Part shown: in pieces, positions 52,601-63,200 of the stretch | Position numbering within the stretch: the stretch's first letter is position 1 | How the letters are laid out: every line of letters begins with the position of its first letter | Source: Anaeramoeba ignava BMAN | Taxonomy: Eukaryota; Protista; Anaeramoebae | Length of the DNA: 64,000 nt | Direction: 5' to 3' | Assembly: GCA_028826165.1 (NCBI GenBank) | Contig: JAPDFW010000072.1 | Location: forward strand, 62,001 to 126,000 | Notes under the pieces: model-generated | The model's database searches: none | The model's input: the letters and a program-made list of their open reading frames with translations, nothing else | What the model was told of the DNA's origin: nothing | Translations under genes and position numbers: made by a program

Positions 52601-52608
52601 TTTTTAAA

Positions 52609-54404
52609 ATGAAGAACAAAATTTTGTTATTTTTGGTGCATATTTTGTTATTCTCTAATATTTTTTCTTTATCGAATAATGAGCCACTTTTTACAAAAAA
52701 TGATTTATGGAATCAAAATGAAAATGTTTATTTCAGACAAAATCATCTTCATTTTATTCCAAACAAACAATCTTTAATAAGTTGGACATATTATAAACAA
52801 GTAAATATCAATTTGCAAACAACTTTTATAAATAATTTTAAATAATTTACAAAAAAAAATTCTGATTAAATTTTTTATCAAAAAAAATATTAATTTTTTT
52901 TCAATTTTTTTTTCATCATTTTTTAATTTTTTTTCTTTATGAATTAATCAACTTTCTTTTTATATTCTTTTTCTAATTCATTAAATTAAGCAAAATCAAC
53001 AAGAAGATTGGGAAATTGAATTAAGTTTGATTCCAAAAGAAAAAGTTTTTGAATTTGGAATTTATTATTCATCTGATTTTTCTTCTTCATTTTTCCCTGA
53101 TAAACCCGAATTTAATGGAATTGGAGCATTTTTTCAATTTGACAAAAATGTAAATAAAATAAATTTCGAAATAATTTAACAAAAACAAAAAAAAAAAGAA
53201 ATTAAAAATTTTAATTAATTTTTTTTTTGAAAATAAACAAAAAAAAAAGGATAAAAATTTACGTTTTAAATTTATTAATAATTTAGATCAAGAAAATGAT
53301 TTAAATCCAAAACAGAAAATTTCATTAATTGATTCAAAGATTCTCAATCATTTTAAATTAAAAATTAATTATAATCAAAAGAATCTTCAAGTATTTTATT
53401 TTTAATATAAAAAAAAATTTTAAATTTTTAATTTTTAAATTTAAAATTTTTTAATTTTAATTCTTAAAAAAGTTTCAAATTGATGAACAATTAGATGGAA
53501 CATGGAAAACAATTGAAACTATTTTGGATATTAATTTACCAATTGGATCTTATTTTGTTTTTTCTTCAGATTCCGAAATTTTTGTTGGTAATTAAATTTA
53601 TAATTAAATTTATAATTAAATTTAAAAAAATCAATTTAAAAAATTTTTTTCAAATAGAGTTTGGAAATTTAAATGAAAAAATTAAAGAAGAAGAACAAAA
53701 AGATATTATTAATAATTCTCAAAGAAAGATTCTTCAATCAGAAAGTAATTAAAAGATTATTTAAACAAAAAATTTATTTTAAAAATTAATTCAAAAATTA
53801 ATTTTAAAAATTAATTTAAAAAAAAAAAGATTTAGATCCAATTAGTTTATTAAAAAGAATAGAATTTTTAAAAGAACAAAGAGATAATTTAACTGATTTA
53901 TATAAATATTTTCTTCAAATTCATAAAGTTAGTTCAGGACCTGCAATTCTTGGATTTTTTAACAAAAAAATTACTGAAATAAAAACGTAATTTTAATTCA
54001 AAATTTAAATTAAAAATTCAAAATTAATTAAATTAAAAATTAAATTTCAAAATTTTAGAAATATTCAAGAATCTGAAATTATTGTTAATAGAATTGCAGA
54101 TACTTTAGAAAGAGTAAAAGAAATGGTTCGCAATTTAATTGAAGAAAAAAAAGGAAATTTCGAAAAAAAAATACAAATTTTGACATCGAGTATTAATGAT
54201 TTAGATTCAGTTACAAAAAGTTCAGAATCGAGAAAACAAAGTTTATCAACTTTTGTTCAATCTCAAAGAAATAAAATGAATCAAGTTATTGAAAATAAAA
54301 CAAGTATTTCTTTTTGGGTTCTTTTAATTATCTTTCAATCTATTGGTGCTTTTGCTTATATTCTTTGGAAAGAAAAAGAAAATCAAAGAAGAAAAGTTCT
54401 TTAA
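52609..54404 (+). CDS. ERGIC-53/Emp47-like L-type lectin, type I membrane protein. Exons 52609-52800, 52991-53149, 53250-53390, 53473-53587, 53658-53744, 53830-53986, 54059-54404
   Basis: Signal peptide; DWEIELSL, FNGIGAFF and LPIGSYFVFS lectin-like strands; coiled coil; TM FWVLLIIFQSIGAFAYILW; basic/hydrophobic tail RRKVL. Six in-phase introns. Confidence 0.65.
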
Positions 54405-54419
54405 ATTAATGAGAAATTA

Positions 54420-56938
54420 ATTACAAGATTAAAAAGAATTAATTCAAAATATTTAAAATAATTAAAATATTCAAAATAATTAAAATAATTAAAATAATTA
54501 AAATATTCAAAATATTTAAAATATCCAAAATAATTAAAATATTCAAAATAATCAAAATAATTAAAATAATCAAAATATTCAAAATATTTAAAATATCCAA
54601 AATAATCAAAATATTTAAAATAATTCAAAATAATCAAAATAATTAAAATACCCAAATATCCAAAATATCCAAATTAATTAAAATAATTAAAATATTCAAA
54701 ATATTTAAAATAATCAAAATATTCAAAATATTTAAAATAATCAAAAATATTCAAAATAATTAAAATAATTAAAATATTTAAAATAAAATAAAGATTCAAA
54801 ATAAATTAAATAATCAAAATAATTAAAAATAATTAAAATATTTAAAATAATTAAAATAATTAAAAATAATTAAAATAATTAAAATAATTAAAATAATTAA
54901 AATAATCAAAATATTTAAAATATTCAAAAATAATTAAAATATCCAAAATAATCAAAATAATTAAAATATTTAAAATATTCAAAATATCCAAAATATTCAA
55001 AATAATTAAAATAATTAAAATAATCAAAATATATAAAAATAATTAAAATATTCAAAATAAATAAAATAATCAAAATATTCAAAATATTTAAAATATCCAA
55101 AATAATTAAATTAATTAAAATAATTAAAATATCCAAAATATTCAAAATAATTAAAATAATTAAAAATATTTAAAATAATTAAAATAATTAAAATAATTAA
55201 AATATTTAAAATAATTAAAATAATTAAAATATTCAAAATATTTAAAATATTCAAAATATTCAAAATAATTCAAAATAATTAAAATAATCAAAATATTCAA
55301 AATAATTAAAATATTTAAAATATTTAAAATAATTAAAATATTTAAAATATTTAAAATAATTAAAATATTCAAAATAAATAAAGTAATTAAAATAATTAAA
55401 ATATTCAAAATAAATAAAGTAATTAAAATAATTAAAATATTCAAAATATCCAAAATATTCAAAATATTCAAAATATTTAAAATAATCAAAATATCCAAAA
55501 TATTTAAAATAATCAAAATATTTAAAATAATCAAAATATTTAAAATAATTAAAATATCCAAAATAATTAAAATAATTAAAAATATTCAAAAATAATTAAA
55601 ATAATTGAAATAAATAAAATAATCAAAATAATCAAAATAATTAAAATAATCAAAAATAATCAAAAATAATCAAAATAATCAAAATAATTAAAATAATCAA
55701 AATAATTAAAATATTCAAAATAATTAAAATAAATAAAATAATTAAAATATCCAAAATAATCAAAATAATTCAAAATATTCAAAAATAATCAAATTATTCA
55801 AAATAATCAAAATAATTAAAATATTTAAAATAAATCAAAATAATTAAAATAATTAAAATATTCAAAAATAATTAAAATATTCAAAATAATTAAAATAGTC
55901 AAAATAATCAAAATAATTAAAATAATTAAAATATTTAAAATAATCAAAATAATTAAAATAATTAAAATATTTAAAATAATCAAAATAATCAAAATAATTA
56001 AAATATTCAAAATAAATAAAATAATTAAAATAATCAAAATATTCAAAATATTCAAAATATTCAAAATATTCAAAATAATCAAAATAATTAAAATAATCAA
56101 AATATTCAAAATAATCAAAATAATTAAAATAATTAAAATATTCAAATTAATTAAAATAATTAAAATAATTAAAATAATTAAAATAATTAAAATATTTAAA
56201 ATAATTAAAATATTCAAAATATTCAAAATAATTAAAATAATCAAAATAATCAAAATATTTAAAATAATCAAAATAATCAAAATAATCAAAATAATCAAAA
56301 TAATTAAAATATTCAAAATAATCAAAATAATTAAAATATTTAAAATATCCAAAATAATTAAAATATTCAAAATAATTAAAATAATTAAAAATATTCAAAA
56401 TAATTAAAAATAATTAAAATAATCAAAAAGATTCAAAATAATCAAAATATTCAAAATAATTAAAATATTCAAAATAATTCAAAATAATCAAAATATTTAA
56501 AATATTCAAAATAATCAAAATATTCAAAATAATTAAAATATTCAAAAATAATTAAAAATAATCAAAATATTTAAAATAATCAAAATAATCAAAATATTCA
56601 AAATATTCAAAATATTCAAAATATTCAAAATAATTAAAATAATTAAAATAATTAAAATAATTAAAATATCCAAAATATTCAAAATAATCAAAATAATTAA
56701 AATATTTAAAATAATTAAAATATCCAAAATAATCAAAATAATTAAAATATTTAAAATAATTAAAATAATCAAAATAATTAAAATAATTAAAATAATTAAA
56801 ATAATTAAAATAATTAAAATATCCAAAATATTCAAAATAATTAAAATAATCAAAATAATTAAAATAATCAAAATAATCAAAATAATTAAAATAATCAAAA
56901 TATCCAAAATAATTAAAATAAAATAAAGATTCAAAAAT
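54420..56938. repeat. 2.5-kb intergenic 9-bp minisatellite (aaaataatt / aaaataatc / aaaatattc / aaaatattt / aaaatatcc)
   Basis: Continuous 9-bp periodicity filling nearly the whole spacer. Confidence 0.95.
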
Positions 56939-56983
56939 AAAATTTTTCATTTTTCATTTTTCTTTTTTCTACTCTTTTTCAAA

Positions 56984-59900
56984 ATGATTCAATGTTCTTT
57001 ATTTGGTGAAAATAATACAGGAAAAAAAACTATTTTTAGTCAATTTATTTATTCATTAATTTTGGAGTAAAATTAAATTTAATGAAAAAATTAAATAAAA
57101 TTAAATTTAAATTAAAAAATTAAAAGGGAATATGAAGAAGAATTTGGAAAAGATAAAATTTATAAACATATTGTAACTCCAGATAAAGTTTTTTTTTCTT
57201 CAATTCAAATTTTAAATGAAAATGAAAATGAAAATCAAAATCAAAATCAAAATCAAATTCAAATTGAAAATGAAAGATTTATTCAAGGAATCAAATCCAC
57301 AAATGTTTTTATTTTAATTTACTCAATCAATTCAAGAAATAGTTTCAATCAATTAAAAAATAAACATATTCCAAAAATAAAACAAATATTAAGAAAAGAT
57401 TATATTGATTTTCTAATGATTACAGGAAATAAATCAGATCTTGAAAAAGAAAGAGAAGTTCCATTTGAAGAATTGAAAAAATTAGCGTCTATTGAAAATG
57501 CTCTTTGTATTGAATGTTGTGCTAAAAACAATGAGAATATTAAAGAAATATTTTCCTTGATTTGTACAAAGTATCATGAATGGGAACTTAAAATGGAAGA
57601 ATATAAAAAATTACCAAATAAAATGAAAAAACTAAAACAGAAATTACTTTCGGGAAAAATTCCATCGAAAGGCAAAAATTTCCCAAAACCTCAATTTGAT
57701 CCAAAAGATCTTGTTTTAGATTCTTATAAAAATGATCTTTTATCATTACTAAATGATTCACAATTTTCTGATATTATATTCGTTGAAAATAACCAAGAAA
57801 AGTTAACTGATTTCAATCAAAAAACTAGAAAAATTTTTGCTCATAAATTTTTATTAAATACACGTTCAATTTGGTTCCAAAATTTTTTCTCAGATTTGGA
57901 ACATGGAATTGATTTACAAAAATATCAAAATGTATTTAGCGATATTCAAAGAAGAAGTAAAGAAAATGATTTTGAAATGTATCAAGTTGAAGAAAATGTT
58001 GAAATAATTGTGAAGATTTCAGTTTCGTTTGATTATTTTTATTTTTTGATGGAATATCTTTATACAGGAATTACAAATGAAAAAATATTCGAATCAAAAG
58101 AAAGTATTCAAAATTTAAAAATTTTATCAAAAAAATTTGGATTAGATAGTTTATCAAATTTTTTGGGTTATATTATTGATTTTTCCAAAAAACTTCAAAA
58201 TGAAAATCAAAATCAAAATCAAAATCAAATTCAAATTCAAAATCAAAATCAAAATGAAAATCAAAATGAAAATGAAAATGAAAATCAAATTCAAAATCAA
58301 AATCAAAATCAAAATCAAAATCAAAATCAAAATGAAAATCAAATCCAAATTGAAATTGAAAATCAAAATCAAAATCAAATTGAAAATCAAAATCAAATTC
58401 AAATTGAAATTGAAAATCAAATTGAAAATGAAAATCAAAATGAAAATGAAAATGAAAATCAAATTGAAAATCAAAATCAAAATCAAAATCAAATTGAAAA
58501 TCAAAATCAAAATCAAAATCAAAATCAAAATCAAAATCAAAATCAAATTGAAAATCAAATTGAAAATGAAAATCAAAATCAAAATCAAATTGAAAATGAA
58601 AATGAAAATCAAATTGAAAATCAAAATCAAAATCAAATTGAAAATCAAAATGAAAATGAAAATCAAAATCAAAATCAAAATCAAAATCAAAATCAAAATC
58701 AAAATCAAAATCAAAATCAAAATCAAAATCAAAATCAAAATCAAAATCAAAATCAAAATCAAAATCAAAATCAAATTGAAAATCAAAATCAAAATCAAAA
58801 TCAAAATCAAAATCAAAATCAAAATCAAAATCAAATTGAAAATCAAAATAAAAACCAAAATCAAAATCAAAATCAAATTGAAAATGAAAATCAAAATCAA
58901 AATCAAAATCAAAATCAAAATCAAAATCAAAATGAAAATGAAAATGAAAATCAAATTGAAAATCAAAATCAAAATCAAATTGAAAATCAAAATGAAATTG
59001 AAAATCAAAATCAAAATCAAAATGAAAATCAAAATCAAAATCAAAATCAAATTCAAATTCAAATTCAAAATCAAAATCAAATTGAAAATCAAAATAAAAA
59101 CCAAAATCAAAATCAAATTCAAATTCAAATTGAAAATCAAAATCAAATTCAAAATCAAATTCAAAATCAAAATTTAAATGGAAATTTAATTCAATATATA
59201 AATCAATATATTTCTCAAAACCAAAATTTAGATCCAAAAATAAAAATCCAAAAAGTTATAAATAAATTTAATTATTTAGAATTTGAAAAAACAAGAAATC
59301 ATTTAGCAAGATTAATATCTTCTGGAAAAAATTCCGATTTAAAAATAATAATCAATGAAACATCAACAAAAACACAAGAAATTTCAGCACACAAAGCAAT
59401 ATTATCAAAAAGATCAAGTTATTTTGATGCAATATTACGATCTAAAATGAAAGAAAACATTGAAAATAAAATCATTATTAACGATATTTCAATTGAAAGA
59501 TTCCTAACAATTTTATATTTTTGTTATGCAAATCGATTTATAATTCCAGATACAAAATTAGCAATAAAACAAAATAATGAAAAATCACAATTGAAATCAA
59601 ATCAAATTATTCTTGAACTACTTGCGTTAAGTGATTACTTGGGAATTGTTGAATTGATTCAAAAATGTCAAATTGAATTAATTGAAACACTTCATTCAAA
59701 ACTTCTTATTGAAACTTTACTTTTTGCTCAACAAATTAAAGCAGAAGTTTTAGAAAATTATTGTATTTGGGAAATTGGAAGAAATTATGAAAAGGTAAAA
59801 GAAAATTAATTTAAAAATTAAGAAAATTTTAATCAAATTTTTTTTATTCCACTTTTTTTTTTTTAAATTTAGTTTGAAAACAAAAAACAATTTAAAAAGT

Positions 59901-60031
59901 TATTATCAAAAGAACAAAAAGAAAAAATTCAAAAAATTAGATTTCCTTCAAAAGAATTCTCTAAATTTTTTAAAAAATATAAAAATTTTTTATTAGAAAA
60001 AAAAGAATTATTTTCAGAATTTTTTAAATAA
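56984..60031 (+). CDS. RhoBTB-like protein (degenerate Ras-like domain + two BTB domains). Exons 56984-57066, 57127-59794, 59873-60031
   Basis: GENNTGKK, GNKSDL, ECCAK. BTB motifs FSDI..FAHKFLL..RS..EYLYTG and SDLKI..SAHKAILSKRSSYF..MKE. C-terminal RFP motif at the RhoBTB RWPP position. Confidence 0.8.
58198..59175 (+). repeat. In-frame ~325-codon NQ/NE/IE/IQ coding microsatellite
   Basis: The 57416-59809 ORF reads through without a stop. Confidence 0.9.
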
Positions 60032-60216
60032 AAGAAAAAGAAAAAAGGAGAAAAAAAAAAAAAAGAAAAAGTGGATTTTTATTTATTTTTTTTTTTAAAT
60101 TTTTTTTTTTCCTTTTTTTAATTAATTTTTTTTTTTCATTTTTTTTTCATTTTTTTCCTTCTTTCCTTTTAAAAAAAAAAACTAAATTTACTTTCATTTT
60201 TTTTTTCTTAGCAAAA

Positions 60217-63200
60217 ATGTCAGATAAAAAAAAAATAAATAAAAAAACAACAACAACAACAACAACAAAAAAAAAAAATCAAATTCAAATTCAAATTCAA
60301 AATCAAAATCAAAATCAAAAGAAATTCAAAGTAACAAATTTTAATTTTAATTTTAATTCTAATTCTAATTCTAATTCTAATTCTAATTCTAATTTTAATT
60401 CTAATTTTAATTTAATTTAATTTTAATTTTAATTTTAATTCTAATTCTAATTCTAATTCTAATTATAATTATAATTTTAATTTTAATTTTAATTTTAATT
60501 TTAATTTTAATTTAATTTTAATTCTAATTTTAATTCTAATTATAATTTTAATTATAATTCTAATTTTAATTTTAATTTTAATTTTAATTTTATAAATGAA
60601 TTTTAATTCTAATTTTAATTTTAATTTTAATTTTAATTCTAATTTTAATTTTAATTTTAATTTTAATTTTAATTCTAATTTTAATTTTAATTTTAATTTT
60701 AATTCCAATTCTAATTCTAATTCTAATTATAATTATAATTCTAATTCTAATTCTAATTTCAATTTTAATTTTAATTTTAATTTTAATTCCAATTCTAATT
60801 ATAATTCTAATTATAATTCTAATTCTAATTTTTAATTCTAATTCTAATTCTAATTATAATTAATTTTAATTCTAATTCTAATTCTAATTTTAATTTTATA
60901 ATTTTAATTTTAATTCTAATTTTAATTTTAATTTTTAATTTTTAATTTTTAATTTTAATTTTAATTTTAATTTTAATTTTAATTTTAATTTTAATTTTAA
61001 TTTTAATTTTAATTCTAATTTTAATTCTAATTCTAATTTTAATTCTAATTTTAATTTTAATTTTAATTTTAATTTAATTCAATTCTAATTCTAATTTTAA
61101 TTCTAATTTTAATTTTTAATTTTAATTTTAATTTTAATTTTAATTTTAATTTTAATTTTAATTTTAATTTTATTAATTTTAATTCTAATTTTAATTCTAA
61201 TTCTAATTTTTAATTTTAATTCTAATTTTAATTTTTAATTTTAATTTTAATTTTAATTCTAATTTTAATTTTTAATTTTTTTTTTTTAATTTTAATTCAA
61301 TTCAATTTTAATTCTAATTCTAATTATAATTAAATTAATTCTAATTCTAATTTCAATTTTTAATTTTAATTTTAATTTTAATTCCAATTCTAATTATAAT
61401 TAATTTTAAATTCTAATTCTAATTCTAATTCTAATTCAATTCTAATTATAATTAATTTTAATTCTAATTCTAATTCTAATTTTTAATTATAATTTTAATT
61501 TTAATTCTAATTTTAATTTTAATTTTAATTTTAATTTTAATTTTAATTTTAATTATATTTTAATTTTAATTTTAATTTTAATTTTTAATTTTATTTAATT
61601 TAATTTTAATTTTAATTTTTAATTTTAATTCTAATTTTAATTTTAATTTTAATTCTAATTTAATTTTAATTCATTTAATTTAATTTTAATTTTAATTTTA
61701 ATTCTAATTTTAATTCTAATTTTAATTTTTAATTCTAATTTTAATTCTAATTTTAATTTAATTCAATTTTAATTCTAATTCTAATTTTAATTCAAATTCT
61801 AATTTTAATTCTAATTCTAATTTTAATTCTAAATTATAATTAATTTTAATTCTAATTCTAATTATAATTTTAATTTTTAATTCTAATTTTAATTTTTAAT
61901 TTTTTGCTTTTAATTATAATTATAATTATAATTTTAATTCTAATTTAATTTTAATTTTAATTTTAATTTTAATTTTAATTCTAATTTTAATTTTAATTTA
62001 ATTCTAATTATAATTTTAATTTTAATTCTAATTTTAATTTTAATTCTAATTTTAATTTTTAATTTTAATTTTAATTTTAATTCCAATTCCAATTCTAATT
62101 ATAATTATAATTTTAATTTTAATTTTAATTTTAATTTTAATTTTAATTTTAATTTTAATTTTAATTTTAATTTTAATTTTAATTCTAATTCTAATTCTAA
62201 TTTTAATTTTAATTTAATTCTAATTCTAATTCTAATTCTAATTCTAATTTAATTCTAATTCTAATTCTAATTCTAATTTATAATTTTAATTCTAATTTTA
62301 ATTTTAATTCTAATTTTAATTATAATTCTAATTCTAGTTTTAATTTTAATTTTAATTCTAATTTTAATTTTAATTCTAATTCTAATTCTAATTCTAATTC
62401 TAATTCTAATTTTAATTCTAATTTTAATTCTAATTATAATTTTAATTTTAATTTTAATTCTAATTTTAATTTTAATTCTAATTCTAATTTTAATTTTAAT
62501 TCTAATTTTAATTCTAATTTTAATTTTAATTTTAATTTTAATTCTAATTCTAATTCTAATTCTAATTTTAATTTTAATTTTAATTTTAATTCTAATTCTA
62601 ATTATAATTCTAATTCTAATTTTAATTTTATAAATGAATTCTAAATTTAATTTTATAAATGAATTTTAATTTTAATTTTATAAATGAATTCTAAATTTAA
62701 TTTTATAAATGAATAGGAAATCTGTACGATCCAAAAAAAATGAAAAATAATTCCGAAATTATTATCAATTCTGCAAATTTAAAAAATCATTTCCAAAACG
62801 CAAAAAATTGGGATAAAAATAAAACAAATACTTTCATTGAAAAAATGGATAATTTCCGCAAAAAAGAAAAAGAAAAGGAAATGGAATCAATTCTTTTAGA
62901 AGTTTCAAAAATGTTTGTTCAAGAAAATCCTGATTCAAAATCAAAAGATGAATCAATTCAAACAATAGAAAAAATTTACAAAGAAATTGAGGATTTATTT
63001 GATCCAGAAATAAAAGACTCAGAAAATCAACCAAATTTATTAAGTCTTTATAAGCTTCTTGTTTTGGCAATCGAGAAAGAACTGAGTGATAAACAAAGAC
63101 TTTATTACACTTGCTTTGAAAACTATTGTTCAATGAAGAAATATTTTGAAGAATCTAAAAAAACAACAGATTTCATAAATTTAAAGTCAGATTTCCCAAG

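Noticed and set aside
54420-56938. CRISPR-like array
   Set aside because: No unique spacers, no cas genes, eukaryotic context.
54401-56950. Minus-strand YFN/YFD/ILI repeat ORFs
   Set aside because: By-products of the 9-bp periodicity; frames break repeatedly and there is no unique coding sequence.
2556-60031. Functional cluster of GTPase-signalling genes (RhoGEF, formin, Ras, RasGEF, RhoBTB)
   Set aside because: These families are commonly expanded in amoeboid protists and are interspersed with unrelated housekeeping genes; no evidence of co-regulation.
60331-62716. Interstitial telomere (TTAGAA-like on the - strand)
   Set aside because: No G-runs; it is a one-base variant of the common ttttaa intron repeat.
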